This document shows, one piece after another, positions 8,550 to 18,855 of a stretch of 64,000 nt of DNA. The notes below the pieces were generated by a model that was not told where the DNA came from, ran no database searches, and worked only from the letters and a program-made list of their open reading frames with translations. The stretch covers positions 18,604-82,603 of the forward strand of contig CAYVMD010000001.1 of NCBI GenBank assembly GCA_964452465.1, written 5' to 3'. The position numbers and the translations under genes are program-made. Origin of the DNA: an uncultured bacterium (GTDB lineage: Bacteria > Armatimonadota > JACIXR01). The first letter of the stretch is position 1; every line of letters starts with the position of its first letter.

Positions 8550-9167
8550 ATGAGGTCTGTAGAAGCTGTAGGCAGAAGCGTTGAGGAAGCGATCCAGAAG
8601 GCACTCGCCCAATTGGGGGCAAAAAGGGAAGAGGTGGAGGTGGAGATTTTGGAGCGACCTAAATTGGGCGGTTTTTTGGGCGAGGCGAGGGTGAGGGTGA
8701 CATTGAGGGAGACGAGGGTGGAGGAGGCGAGGCGACTCCTGAGAGCGATATTGGATTTCATGGGGATAAAGGGAGAGATAGCCATCAGGGATAGGGAGGA
8801 TTTCGTGGAGATAGAGGTTATCACCACGGATGGAGGGGCGTTGCTGATAGGGAAGGGTGGGCAAACCCTTACCGCTATCCGCCACATCCTCTATGTGGTC
8901 ATAAATAAGGGGAGGGAGAAGTTCAAGAGAGTATTTTTAGATATAAACGGTTATGTGAGAAGACAGGAGGAAAAGTGGAGGCGTCGCGCCTTGACCCTGG
9001 CGGATAAGGTGAAGAGGACGAAACAACCGGAGGTCCTCGAATCCCTCACCCCTGCTCAGCGCAAGATAGTGCATAACGCTTTGAAGGACGATCCCGATGT
9101 CTACACTTATAGCGAAGGGGAAGAACCGAACCGGAGGTTGATAATAGCACCCAAGCAACCCTCCTAA
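8550..9167 (+). CDS. jag: RNA-binding protein Jag/KhpB (Jag_N, KH and R3H domains)
   Basis: N-terminus EEAIQKALAQLG. KH-like IGKGGQTLTAIRHIL. C-terminal R3H-like region. Canonical yidC-jag synteny. Confidence 0.85.
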   Translation: MRSVEAVGRSVEEAIQKALAQLGAKREEVEVEILERPKLGGFLGEARVRVTLRETRVEEARRLLRAILDFMGIKGEIAIRDREDFVEIEVITTDGGALLIGKGGQTLTAIRHILYVVINKGREKFKRVFLDINGYVRRQEEKWRRRALTLADKVKRTKQPEVLESLTPAQRKIVHNALKDDPDVYTYSEGEEPNRRLIIAPKQPS

Positions 9168-9216
9168 TCACCCCGTTTAGACAATTAGGGATAGAAGCCG
9201 TATAATTGTCAATGAT

Positions 9217-11055
9217 ATGCCCTTGGAGGAGAAACTGAAGCAGGTTCCTACCTCCCCTGGAGTTTACATCTTCAAAGGGAAGGGAGGCAATGTCCTCTAT
9301 GTGGGGAAGGCAGCTTCCCTCAGGGATAGGGTGCGTTCCTATTTCACCTCCTATGAGTTCCATCCCAAAACCTCTCGCCTCCGCCAGCTAATCCACGATC
9401 TGGAGTGGATAGCAACCGACTCCGAGACGGAGGCTTTGATATTGGAATTGAACCTCATCAAGAAGTTCAAGCCCCCCTTCAATATCCGTCTGCGGGATGA
9501 CAAGCATTATCCTTTTATAAAGATCACCACGAACGAACCCTTCCCTCGCATCGTTGTGGTGAGGAGGATCGGGAAGGATGATGCCCGCTATTTCGGTCCC
9601 TATGCGGATTCCAAATCCCTGCGGGAGGTCCTACGCCTCTTGAGGAAGAACTTCCAGATAAGGCAGTGTAGACTGCCCCTCACGGGGGAAGAACGCCTCC
9701 GCCCCTGCCTCTTTCACGCCATTGGGCAATGCCTCGCTCCCTGCACGGGCGGAGTCTCGCGTGAGAGATACATGCAGGCGGTGGATGAGGTGATTAAATT
9801 CCTGGAGGGACATTGCGAGGCTCTGCGGGAGGAGCTGTGGAACAGGATGATGGAGGAGGCGGAGAAGTTGAATTTCGAGTATGCGGCGAAGTTGAGAGAT
9901 AGGATAAGAGCCCTGGATAGGGTGATCGATAAGCAGAAGGTGGTCTTCACTTACCCCAAGGACGAGGATGTTATCTCCCTCGTCCAGGAGATGGATATCG
10001 TGGGGGCGCAGGTATTCATGGTCAGGGCGGGTAGGTTGGTGGGAGGAAGGCATTTCCTCCTCCAAGGGGCGGAGGGGGAGGAGAGAGGGGAAATCGTCTC
10101 CTCCTTCATCCGTCAATACTACCAGGGGGATTTGCCCCCTCCCGAGATAATAGTCCAGGAAGTGCCAGCGGATAGGGAATTGATAGAGGCATGGTTGAAG
10201 GAAAGGAAAAGGAGAGGGGTAAGGATAAGGGAGGCGGAGGGTGAGGAGGAGAGGGAGTTGGTGGAGATGGCGGAGAGAAACGCCCGGATAGCTCTGCAGG
10301 TGAAATTGGAGGAAGGGGAGATGAAGAGGAGGAGGGCATTGGAGAGCTTGGAGGCTTTGCGATTAGCCCTGGATTTGGATAACCTCCCCGTGAGGATAGA
10401 GGCATACGATATATCCCATCTCGGTGGGCAACAAGCGGTGGGCTCCATGGTTGTATTCGAGCAGGGCGAGCCCCAGAAATCGAAATATAGGAAATTCAAC
10501 ATCAAGTACACCGATAAGATACCGGATGATTACGCAATGATGAAGGAGGTTCTCAGGAGGAGGATACTGAAAGGGAAGAAGGGGGACGAGAAGTTTTTGC
10601 CCTTCCCCGATCTGATAGTGATAGACGGAGGAAAGGGACACCTTTCCTCGGCGCTTGAGGTTTTATTCGAGGAAAACCTCCTCCTCCCCGCTATAGGTTT
10701 GGCGAAGAGGTTGGAGGAGATTTATCTCCCCACCCAATCCCAGCCATTGCGCCTTCCCGAGACCTCCAAGGCGCTTCATCTCCTCCAGCGAATACGCAAC
10801 GAGGCGCACAGGTTCGCCATCACCGGGCACAGGGGAAAAAGGGAGAAGATGGCTTTCCTCTCCGCCTTGGAACAGGTCGAGGGGATAGGGAAGAAAAGAA
10901 GGAAGATGCTCTTGGATGTTTTTGGAACCCTGGAGGCTATAAGGAAAGCTTCTCCCGATAAGATAGCCCGCTTGGCGGGAGTTCCTCTCAAGGTGGCGGA
11001 GAGGCTTTTGGAGGTTTTGAACAAGGAGGGGATTGAAGAAGAGGAGGGGACATGA
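9217..11055 (+). CDS. uvrC: Excinuclease ABC subunit C
   Basis: GIY-YIG N-terminus ([18 protein letters not shown]). UvrBC-interaction and RNase H-like/HhH regions. 612 aa. Confidence 0.93.
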   Translation: MPLEEKLKQVPTSPGVYIFKGKGGNVLYVGKAASLRDRVRSYFTSYEFHPKTSRLRQLIHDLEWIATDSETEALILELNLIKKFKPPFNIRLRDDKHYPFIKITTNEPFPRIVVVRRIGKDDARYFGPYADSKSLREVLRLLRKNFQIRQCRLPLTGEERLRPCLFHAIGQCLAPCTGGVSRERYMQAVDEVIKFLEGHCEALREELWNRMMEEAEKLNFEYAAKLRDRIRALDRVIDKQKVVFTYPKDEDVISLVQEMDIVGAQVFMVRAGRLVGGRHFLLQGAEGEERGEIVSSFIRQYYQGDLPPPEIIVQEVPADRELIEAWLKERKRRGVRIREAEGEEERELVEMAERNARIALQVKLEEGEMKRRRALESLEALRLALDLDNLPVRIEAYDISHLGGQQAVGSMVVFEQGEPQKSKYRKFNIKYTDKIPDDYAMMKEVLRRRILKGKKGDEKFLPFPDLIVIDGGKGHLSSALEVLFEENLLLPAIGLAKRLEEIYLPTQSQPLRLPETSKALHLLQRIRNEAHRFAITGHRGKREKMAFLSALEQVEGIGKKRRKMLLDVFGTLEAIRKASPDKIARLAGVPLKVAERLLEVLNKEGIEEEEGT

Positions 11056-12848
11056 CGCAGTTGGATAGGATCCGCAATTTCTCAATTATTGCCCATATAG
11101 ATCATGGCAAATCCACCCTTGCTGATAGAATTTTAGAGTTGACTGGCGTTATCCCTCCCGGGAGCACGGTTGAACAGGTCCTCGATGATATGGAGTTGGA
11201 AAGGGAGCACGGCGTCACCATAAAGATGACGCCGGTGCGCATCCCCTACAATGGTTATATCCTCAACCTCATAGACACGCCCGGGCATGTCGACTTTTCC
11301 TACGAGGTTTCTCGTAGCCTTGCTGCTTGCGAGGGGGTGCTATTGATCGTTGACGCTACCCAGGGAGTGGAAGCGCAAACGGTCGCTCATACAAATGTGG
11401 CGATGGAGCACAATTTGGAGATAATACCCATCTTGAACAAAATGGATCTGCCCCAGGCGGATCCCGAGAGGGCTAAGAAGGAGATAGAGGAAATGCTCGC
11501 CATAGATGCCAGCGATGCCATCCTGTGTTCGGCGAAGGAAGGCTGGGGAGTGGAGGAGGTGCTGAAGGCGATAATAGAGAGGATCCCTTCCCCCCAAGGG
11601 GATCCAGATGCTCCCCTGAGGGCTTTGATCTTTGATTCCCACTTCGATCCCTACCTTGGCGTTGTGGTGTATGTTCGCCTCTTCGATGGGAGGCTGAGGA
11701 AGGGAATGAGGATCAAGATGATGGGGAGGGAGGATAAGGAGGAGGTATTCGAGGTCACCCAGGTGGGCGTATTTACCCCTGCTATGAAGGAAGTGGAGGA
11801 GTTAAGTGCTGGGGAGGTGGGTTATTTCACAGCGGGGCTAAGGAATATGCGCTCCGCCCAAACGGGAGATACGGTGACGGAAGCCTCCCGCCCCGCCAAG
11901 GAGCCCATCCCTGGTTTCCGCCCCGCGAAGCCCATGGTGTTCTGTGGCTTCTATCCCGGGGAGGGCACGACCTTTGAGGAATTAAGGGATGCCCTGGAGA
12001 AATTAAGGCTGAACGACGCCGCTTTGACCTTCGAAGAGGAATCCTCGCCTGCCTTGGGTATGGGTTTCCATTGCGGCTTTCTGGGCTTATTCCACATGCA
12101 GATAACCCAGGAGAGGCTGGAGAGGGAATTTGGGCTCCATCTTCTCGCCACCGCTCCCTCCGTTAAATATCGAGTTAAGAAGAAAAACGGAGAGACATTG
12201 GAATTGGATAACCCTGCCAAATTCCCTCCTCCCGAGACCATAGAGGAGATCCAGGAGCCATATGTCTTAGCGACTATAATCGTCCCCGCTGAATACTTAG
12301 GAGGGATAATGGAATTGTGTCAGGATAGGAGGGGGATTTTGGTATCGATGGAATACCCTTCTCCCCAAAGGGTAGTCTTGCAATACGAGATGCCCCTCAG
12401 CGAGATAATCTTCAATTTCTTCGATCAACTTAAATCCGTCTCCCGAGGCTTCGCCTCCCTCGATTACGAGCTCAAAGGGTATAAGAAGGAAAACCTGGTG
12501 AAGGTGGATATACTGGTCAATGGCAACGTTGTGGATGCACTTTCCTTCATCGTGCACAGGGAAAAAGCGTATAGGAGGGCGAGGCTTCTGGTGGATAAAT
12601 TGAAGGGGGTCATTCCCCGCCAATTGTTCGAAGTGAGGATTCAGGCAGCGATCGGGGGGAAGATCATCGCCTCTCAAAGCATAAAGCCCCTGAGGAAGGA
12701 TGTCCTCGCCAAATGTTATGGCGGGGATGTCACCAGGAAGAAGAAATTGTTGGAGAAGCAGAAGGAGGGGAAGAAACGCCTCCGCCGGATAGGAAAAGTG
12801 GAGATCCCTCAGGAAGCTTTCCTCTCCATCCTCACCATAGAGGAATGA
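11052..12848 (+). CDS. lepA: Translation elongation factor 4 (LepA)
   Basis: GTPase G1 AHIDHGKST and DTPGHVDF. LepA C-terminal domain. 598 aa. ATGA overlap with uvrC. Confidence 0.95.
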   Translation: MTQLDRIRNFSIIAHIDHGKSTLADRILELTGVIPPGSTVEQVLDDMELEREHGVTIKMTPVRIPYNGYILNLIDTPGHVDFSYEVSRSLAACEGVLLIVDATQGVEAQTVAHTNVAMEHNLEIIPILNKMDLPQADPERAKKEIEEMLAIDASDAILCSAKEGWGVEEVLKAIIERIPSPQGDPDAPLRALIFDSHFDPYLGVVVYVRLFDGRLRKGMRIKMMGREDKEEVFEVTQVGVFTPAMKEVEELSAGEVGYFTAGLRNMRSAQTGDTVTEASRPAKEPIPGFRPAKPMVFCGFYPGEGTTFEELRDALEKLRLNDAALTFEEESSPALGMGFHCGFLGLFHMQITQERLEREFGLHLLATAPSVKYRVKKKNGETLELDNPAKFPPPETIEEIQEPYVLATIIVPAEYLGGIMELCQDRRGILVSMEYPSPQRVVLQYEMPLSEIIFNFFDQLKSVSRGFASLDYELKGYKKENLVKVDILVNGNVVDALSFIVHREKAYRRARLLVDKLKGVIPRQLFEVRIQAAIGGKIIASQSIKPLRKDVLAKCYGGDVTRKKKLLEKQKEGKKRLRRIGKVEIPQEAFLSILTIEE

Positions 12849-13951
12849 GCACGAGAGGGGCATTCCAGAGAATAGCCATCTATATCCATATCCCCTTCTG
12901 TCGGAGGAAGTGCGGTTACTGCGATTTTTATTCCCTTCCTTACGCCGAAGCTCCCGTGAAAGCCTTCCTCGAAGCCCTTGAAAGGGAGATGGAGGATTAT
13001 CAAGGCATCCAAGGGAAGACTCTTTACCTCGGCGGTGGAACCCCAACCATTCTTCCGCCCTTTTATTTAAAGGAGATAATATCTAACGCAAGGGATATCT
13101 TTCTCCTTCCCGATGATGCCGAGGTGACGGTGGAGGGCAATCCCGAATCCTTGAGCGAAGAGGTGCTGGAGGTCCTGAGGTCGGTAGGCGTGAATAGGTT
13201 GAGTATAGGCATCCAATCCTTCAAGGAGGAAATCCTGAGGTTCTTGGGCAGGGCGCATACGGCAGAGGAGGGCAGGAGAGCGGTGAAGCGAGCGCGGGAG
13301 TTCGGCTTCGGAAACCTCAACATCGACCTTATCTATGGCATCCCCGGGCAGACCATAGAGGATTGGCAAACCACATTGGAGGAGGCGGTTTCCCTTCAAC
13401 CTACCCATATCTCCTGCTATGCCCTTGCATTTGAAGAGGGAACACCCCTAGGCAAGGCTCTCGAGGAAGGGGAGGTGAAAGCGCTGGATGATGATGTAGT
13501 GGGGGAGATGTACGATTTAGCGGTGGATAGGTTGGAGAGGGCGGGCTACATCCACTATGAGATCTCCAACTTCGCTATCCCTGGTTATCAGTGCAAACAC
13601 AACCTTAGCTATTGGCGGGCGGAGCCCTACCTCGGCTTGGGACCCTCAGCGGTTTCCTATCTTCCCCCCAATCGTTTTCGCAATCCTCCCCCTGAGGATT
13701 ACATAAAAGGCGAGGAACCGAAGATAGAAGAAGGGGTGAAGGGGAAGGAAAGGAGCAAGGAGAAGCTGCTTTTGGGATTGAGGCTTGAGGAGGGGGTGGA
13801 GGTGAGGGAGAAGCTGAGGGAGGCGCACATCGTGAAGGAATTGGCGAGGGAGGGATATCTAAAGATAGAGGGTAGAAGAATAAAATTGACCAGAAAAGGG
13901 ATGCTCGTTTACAATAGCATCTTAGGGATATTGCTTCTACGCTTGGATTGA
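12845..13951 (+). CDS. hemW: Radical SAM heme chaperone HemW / oxygen-independent coproporphyrinogen III oxidase-like
   Basis: [10 protein letters not shown] is a CxxxCxxC radical SAM motif. HemN_C-like C-terminus. ATG at 12845 overlaps the lepA stop (ATGA). The ORF-track start at 12713 is an N-terminal over-extension. Confidence 0.85.
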   Translation: MSTRGAFQRIAIYIHIPFCRRKCGYCDFYSLPYAEAPVKAFLEALEREMEDYQGIQGKTLYLGGGTPTILPPFYLKEIISNARDIFLLPDDAEVTVEGNPESLSEEVLEVLRSVGVNRLSIGIQSFKEEILRFLGRAHTAEEGRRAVKRAREFGFGNLNIDLIYGIPGQTIEDWQTTLEEAVSLQPTHISCYALAFEEGTPLGKALEEGEVKALDDDVVGEMYDLAVDRLERAGYIHYEISNFAIPGYQCKHNLSYWRAEPYLGLGPSAVSYLPPNRFRNPPPEDYIKGEEPKIEEGVKGKERSKEKLLLGLRLEEGVEVREKLREAHIVKELAREGYLKIEGRRIKLTRKGMLVYNSILGILLLRLD

Positions 13952-13974
13952 TACTAAGAAAAGAGGTGCGCATC

Positions 13975-15114
13975 ATGAGAAGGCATGTCCTTACCGTGGT
14001 AATCCTTTTTTTATCCGTCATTCTGAAGCCCGCTTCCCTGGTTAGAGGACCCATCCTTCAAAATGTAGGACCTCACTCCGCCACCATAACCTGGTGGACG
14101 GATGACGAAAGCAAGGGATGGGTGCTCTATTCCACCGCTGGCTCTTCCTTCAAGGAGGAAACCAAGCGGGGGAGAATGCACCAAGTAAGGTTGACCAACC
14201 TTAAAGCCTCCGCCTCTTACACTTATACCGTTGAGGGGGACGGCTATAGGGTGGGTCCCTTCACCTTCAAAACCGCTCCTCGGGGAGAGGAGGACTTTTT
14301 ATTCGGGATATACGGCGATACCCGCACGGGACACGATATCCACAGGAAGGTGATAGAGGCGCTCATGAGATGGAAACCCTCCTTTCTGCTACATACAGGG
14401 GACTTAGTGGCGGATGGAACGAATGAAGAAGATTGGGAGTGGTTCTTCCGAATTTCCCACCCTTTCCTCGCTCAGGTTCCCCTTTATCCCGCTATAGGAA
14501 ATCATGAGGGAAATTCCCCTCTTTATTTCCGCTACTTCGCCCTTCCCGGAAGGGAGCGATATTATTCCTTCAATTGGGGTCAATGCCACTTCATCGCCCT
14601 CGACAGCAACTCCGACTTCCTCACCGATCGAAAGCAGATGGAATTCCTCAAGGAAGACCTCCAACGCTATAAGGATGCCCCCTTCATAATCGTTTTCTTC
14701 CACCATCCTCCTTTCACCGCAGTAAAGGGAAGGGAGGGGTATGCGGAGAAGGTGAGGAAGGCTTTCGTTCCCCTCTTGGAGAAAGCCAAGGTGAGCATCG
14801 TCTTCCTGGGGCACGACCACAATTACCAGCATTTCCTCGTGAATGGCATCCATTATCTCGTCTTAGGAGGGGGTGGGGCTCCCCTTTACGATATCACGCC
14901 AGTTAAAAACCTCGTCAAGGCGGAGAAGACCCACAATTATGCGATAGGCGAGGTAAAGGGGGACAGAATGGTGGTGAGGGTTTATCGATTGGATGGAACG
15001 CTTTTGGACAAGGTGGAGATCCTTCCCCGGGTGAAAACCGCTCCCCTTTTGCCCGAGAGATTGCCCCATTTGGACCTTTGGCGATTGGAGCGTTTGGGTT
15101 CGGGAAGGAAATAA
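13975..15114 (+). CDS. Secreted metallophosphoesterase (purple acid phosphatase-like N-domain plus calcineurin-like domain)
   Basis: GDTRTGHD, GNHE and GHDH metallophosphatase motifs. Signal peptide after the ATG at 13975. SD AAGAGGTG sits 6 nt upstream. Confidence 0.75.
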   Translation: MRRHVLTVVILFLSVILKPASLVRGPILQNVGPHSATITWWTDDESKGWVLYSTAGSSFKEETKRGRMHQVRLTNLKASASYTYTVEGDGYRVGPFTFKTAPRGEEDFLFGIYGDTRTGHDIHRKVIEALMRWKPSFLLHTGDLVADGTNEEDWEWFFRISHPFLAQVPLYPAIGNHEGNSPLYFRYFALPGRERYYSFNWGQCHFIALDSNSDFLTDRKQMEFLKEDLQRYKDAPFIIVFFHHPPFTAVKGREGYAEKVRKAFVPLLEKAKVSIVFLGHDHNYQHFLVNGIHYLVLGGGGAPLYDITPVKNLVKAEKTHNYAIGEVKGDRMVVRVYRLDGTLLDKVEILPRVKTAPLLPERLPHLDLWRLERLGSGRK

Positions 15115-16388
15115 GGGGATTGCCCAAGGGAAAAGAGGTTTCCGAATATCTCGAGACCCTATCTCGCCTGGGGATAAGGTTGGGGTTAGAGAATATGAGA
15201 AGATTGGTGGATGCCTTGGGGCTGGGGAAAGAGAAGGTTCCCTTCGTGCATATAGGGGGAACGGTTGGGAAAGGAAGTACCGCTCATCTCCTTGCCTCCA
15301 TCCTCAAGGAAGAAGGGGTGAAGTGTGGTCTTTATACCTCCCCCCATATTTATGATATAAGGGAAAGGTTTAGGATAAATGGGAGGAAGATAAGGGCAGA
15401 GGATTTCCGGGCTCTTGTTTGGGAAGTGAAGGAGGTGGTAGAAAGTTTAAGCGGGGTTCATCCCACCCAATTTGAGGTCCTGACCGCGGTTGCCCTCCTT
15501 TGGTTCGCCCGGGAGGGATGCGATATAGGGGTCTTAGAGGTAGGATTGGGAGGGCGATTAGATGCCACGAATATTGTGCGTCCTCGTTTTTCCATCATAA
15601 CTGATATAGGTATAGACCATACTGACCTTTTGGGGGAAACCGTGGAGGAGATAGCGAGGGAGAAGGCGGGGATAATAAAGGCGGGCATTCCTTTATTGAC
15701 ATCGGCGGAGGGAAAAGCCCTGGAGGTGATAAGGGATAAGTGTAAGGAAGTGGGAGCTCCTCTTTTCCTTCTTGGGGAGGATATCTTGGTGGAAGGAGAT
15801 GAGGAGTTAAGCGTGAGGACACCTTGGGGGGAGGTGAGGGGGATAAGGAAAGGATTGCGAGGAAAGCACCAGAGAAAGAATGTCGCTTTAGCGGTGGCGG
15901 GAGGGTTGTTCCTTGGTTGCGGTGAGGAGGCGATAAGAAGAGGCGTGAAAAAGACAAGGATAGAGGGGAGGTTGGAGATAGTGAGGATGGCGCCCCTTGT
16001 GGTGATGGATGGGGCGCACAATCCGCCTGCCCTTTCCGCTTTGAGGGAGACGATAAAGGAAGAATTTCGCTATAGAAAATTGATCTTGCTCTTCGGGATG
16101 CTCAGGGATAAGCCTTTGGAGGAATCCATGCGGGAGATCTTGCCCTTTGCGGACTGCGTCATTCTCACCCCCCTACCTTCAGAGCGTTCCGCGTCCCTCC
16201 AACAACTGATGGAGATAGGGAGCAAATACAATAGGAATTTGATAGGAGTGGAAAATCCCGAGAAGGCGTTGGAGGAAGCCCTGAAGCGAACGGGAAGAGA
16301 GGACCTCCTCCTCATAACCGGCTCTTTTTATCTGCTCGGCGCCCTCTCCAAAGCAAGGATTAAAGCGTTCATTCCCTCGGAAATTTGA
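15078..16388 (+). CDS. folC: Bifunctional folylpolyglutamate synthase / dihydrofolate synthase
   Basis: Mur-ligase P-loop HIGGTVGKGSTAHLLASIL. FolC-type N-terminus (ETLSRLGIRLGLENMRRL). The start codon is uncertain: TTG at 15078 overlaps the upstream gene by 37 nt, and there is an alternative TTG at 15120. Confidence 0.85.
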   Translation: MAIGAFGFGKEIRGLPKGKEVSEYLETLSRLGIRLGLENMRRLVDALGLGKEKVPFVHIGGTVGKGSTAHLLASILKEEGVKCGLYTSPHIYDIRERFRINGRKIRAEDFRALVWEVKEVVESLSGVHPTQFEVLTAVALLWFAREGCDIGVLEVGLGGRLDATNIVRPRFSIITDIGIDHTDLLGETVEEIAREKAGIIKAGIPLLTSAEGKALEVIRDKCKEVGAPLFLLGEDILVEGDEELSVRTPWGEVRGIRKGLRGKHQRKNVALAVAGGLFLGCGEEAIRRGVKKTRIEGRLEIVRMAPLVVMDGAHNPPALSALRETIKEEFRYRKLILLFGMLRDKPLEESMREILPFADCVILTPLPSERSASLQQLMEIGSKYNRNLIGVENPEKALEEALKRTGREDLLLITGSFYLLGALSKARIKAFIPSEI

Positions 16389-16554
16389 CTAACATCTTAA
16401 AAATTTTAGAAAGATATTAGATGCTTTTGAAAAGATGATTTAAAATATTTGCCATGAAAAGTGGGGAAGGAGAAAAGAACGGCATCCCGAAGCAATTGAA
16501 TATATCTAAATTAAAGTGGTGGTTCCCAAAAGACAAGGATTGAAAGGGTGGGGT

Positions 16555-16591
16555 CTCCCTCCCCGTCAACGGGGAGGGTTGGGGTGGGGTT
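16555..16591 (+). other. G-rich stable hairpin with flanking G-tracts (ccctccccg tcaa cggggaggg ttggggtggggtt)
   Basis: Read directly. A 9-bp GC stem with a 4-nt loop, flanked by GGTGGGG and TTGGGGTGGGG. No U-tract follows on either strand. Confidence 0.4.
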
Positions 16592-16745
16592 GAAATGCTT
16601 ATTCCAGAAAAAGAAGAACGGGGTATAATGCATTTGGAAAAACCACATAAGGCATGAGGGCGTGATCTACCTCTCAAATATTTTAGAGAAAATTGGTTAA
16701 AGATGAGCATGAGTCTACTAATATAGTATGGAATTCTACAACATC

Positions 16746-16773
16746 TTGCGATTCTCTGTTTTCGTGGTATAAT
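16746..16773 (+). promoter_or_regulatory. Putative promoter TTGCGA-N16-TGGTATAAT giving a near-leaderless transcript for the 16782 gene
   Basis: ttgcga at 16746-16751 and an extended -10 tggtataat at 16765-16773. The ATG at 16782 is only ~9 nt past the -10. Confidence 0.45.
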
Positions 16774-16781
16774 TTACTAAA

Positions 16782-17096
16782 ATGAGATTGTTTACTGGCC
16801 TCTTGGCTATCACTGCTCTCGTCTTTTCTTTTCTCGCTTACCAGAAGGTAAGGGAAATAGAGAAGAGGGTAGCGGTTTCCCAGCCTGGGATAGTGAACCT
16901 GTTGGTCAAGAAGGACCTCCAGGACGCCATGCGCAACTTGGAAGCGGGGAAAAGGGAGGAGGCGCGCCAATGTTTAAAAAGGGCGCTTGATAGATTGGAG
17001 AAGAGGGGCGAAAGAAGTGCCTGGGATGAAATCAACCGTAGGTTAAACGAAATGAGGAGAAATATAGACGAAATCTGGAAACATATCAAGAGGTGA
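16782..17096 (+). CDS. Small membrane-anchored coiled-coil protein, hypothetical
   Basis: N-terminal TM (LLAITALVFSFLAY) followed by a charged helical region. 4-nt overlap with the downstream M48 peptidase gene. Confidence 0.5.
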   Translation: MRLFTGLLAITALVFSFLAYQKVREIEKRVAVSQPGIVNLLVKKDLQDAMRNLEAGKREEARQCLKRALDRLEKRGERSAWDEINRRLNEMRRNIDEIWKHIKR

Positions 17097-17842
17097 AAGA
17101 AATGATATTTTTGGCTGCTGTAAAAGGGAAAGATGTAATAGCTGGACTCCTTGTCCTATTCCTATTATTTGGCAAGGTGGGCGGGAAAAGCCTTTTCTAC
17201 ATAGACACCCAGCAGGAGATAGAGATAGGCAAGGAGGTCTGCCAGGAATTGGAAAAGCAATACGGGGTTGTAAACGACCCAAAGTATACGGAGATCCTCC
17301 AGCAAGTGGGGCCAAAGGTAGCTTCCATGAGCCCTCGGCAGGATGTGAAATACGAGTTCAAGGTGTTGAAAACCAATGAGGTTAACGCCATGGCTGTCCC
17401 AGGTGGATTCATTTATGTTACCAAGGGGCTGATGGACTATGTGAATTTAGATAAAAACATGCTCGCCTTCGTTATAGGACACGAGGTAGGACATATAACC
17501 GCGAGGCATTCAGCCCGTATGATCGAGAAGGAGATGAAGTCGGATGTCGCGATTTTGGTGCTCACGGGAGGGGAGAGGGGGGCGAGGGAGCTCTCGCTTG
17601 CTCGTGATCTTTTATTCTTGGGATATGGGCGGAATTACGAGTTCGAGGCGGACAGATGGGGCGTCATACTTGCCTATAAAGCCGGCTTCGATCCGGAAGG
17701 AGCGGTGGAATTCTTCCAGAAGTTGCTTAAGGACGAGAAGGGGAAGCCCTCCAAATTGGAGGTGCTTTTTAGATCCCACCCCCCAACCCAAGATAGGTTG
17801 GCGAGGGTGGAGGAGGAAATAAGGAAGCTAAAGGGAGGTTGA
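17093..17842 (+). CDS. M48 family metallopeptidase
   Basis: HEVGHITARH HExxH motif with a downstream E (EFEADRWG). N-terminal signal/TM. Confidence 0.8.
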   Translation: MKEMIFLAAVKGKDVIAGLLVLFLLFGKVGGKSLFYIDTQQEIEIGKEVCQELEKQYGVVNDPKYTEILQQVGPKVASMSPRQDVKYEFKVLKTNEVNAMAVPGGFIYVTKGLMDYVNLDKNMLAFVIGHEVGHITARHSARMIEKEMKSDVAILVLTGGERGARELSLARDLLFLGYGRNYEFEADRWGVILAYKAGFDPEGAVEFFQKLLKDEKGKPSKLEVLFRSHPPTQDRLARVEEEIRKLKGG

Positions 17843-17846
17843 GAAG

Positions 17847-18851
17847 ATGCCTACGATAAAGGATGTAGCGAAGAAAGCAGGCGTCTCTATAACTGCCGTT
17901 TCCTTCGTGATAAACAATGTCCCCGTGCCACTTAGTGAACGAACGAAGCAGAAGATACGGGAGGCGATAAAGGAGCTGGGATATGTTCCTAATCGTTCTG
18001 CCCGCACTTTGGCAAAAAGGAGGACGGAAACAATTGCCCTCCTTTTCCGCCAACCTCTTTCTTCTCTCTCCCCAGGGGTGCCTTCCCTTCAGATATTGGC
18101 AGGAGTAGGAGCGAGGGTCGCCCTTAGTGGGCATCGTCTCCTCCTCATCCCTCCCTCTTCAACTAATGATGAGGAGGTCTCCCTCGCCAGGAAGCTGAAC
18201 CGAGGGGAGGCGGACGGAGCAATAGTGGTTGGTCCCATTCGCTTGGATGATCCAAGCATAAAGCAATTGGAGGAGATGGATTTTCCCATAATCCTTATGG
18301 GATATCATCCGGAGGCAAAAAGGATAAGTTGCATAGATATAGACAATTTCGGTGGCGCTTATAAAGGGGTGGACTACTTGGCAAAGTTGGGACATGAGAG
18401 GATCGGTTTCATCGGTTCTCCCCTCATTTATAGTTATGCTGTGGAGCGCTTCGAGGGTTATAAGAAAGCCTTGGAGGACAATGGACTGCCCTACAGGGAG
18501 GAGTGGGTAAGCCTAAGCCAAACCAGTATCGAGGAAGGATACAAATCCGCTCTCAGTATCTTGAGGATGTCTCCTCGCCCCACTGCACTTTTCGTGTCCA
18601 CGGGGATGATGGGTGTAGGTGCCTTAAGGGCGATCGAGGAAGAGGGCTTAAAAGTCCCCTCCGATATCTTTCTTCTTACCCTGCAGGAATTTCCCTCTGG
18701 ACTATTGAAGCCCCTCCCTGCTGTCCTCTGCCCTCCCTTCTACAGGTTGGGCATATACGCTGTTACCGCCCTCTTCGCCATCGTAAACAAAAAGAGGGAG
18801 ACGCCCATAAACAAGCGCCTCCCCATGCATTTGAAAATTTATTCTTCCTAA
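17847..18851 (+). CDS. LacI family transcriptional regulator
   Basis: N-terminal HTH TIKDVAKKAGVSITAVSFVINN. Periplasmic-binding-like C-terminal domain. Confidence 0.9.
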   Translation: MPTIKDVAKKAGVSITAVSFVINNVPVPLSERTKQKIREAIKELGYVPNRSARTLAKRRTETIALLFRQPLSSLSPGVPSLQILAGVGARVALSGHRLLLIPPSSTNDEEVSLARKLNRGEADGAIVVGPIRLDDPSIKQLEEMDFPIILMGYHPEAKRISCIDIDNFGGAYKGVDYLAKLGHERIGFIGSPLIYSYAVERFEGYKKALEDNGLPYREEWVSLSQTSIEEGYKSALSILRMSPRPTALFVSTGMMGVGALRAIEEEGLKVPSDIFLLTLQEFPSGLLKPLPAVLCPPFYRLGIYAVTALFAIVNKKRETPINKRLPMHLKIYSS

Positions 18852-18855
18852 ATTC

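Noticed and set aside
16555-16591. The G-rich hairpin read as the folC intrinsic terminator
   Set aside because: It lies ~170 nt past the folC stop and lacks a U-tract on either strand. I keep it only as a structured or G4-prone element of unknown role.
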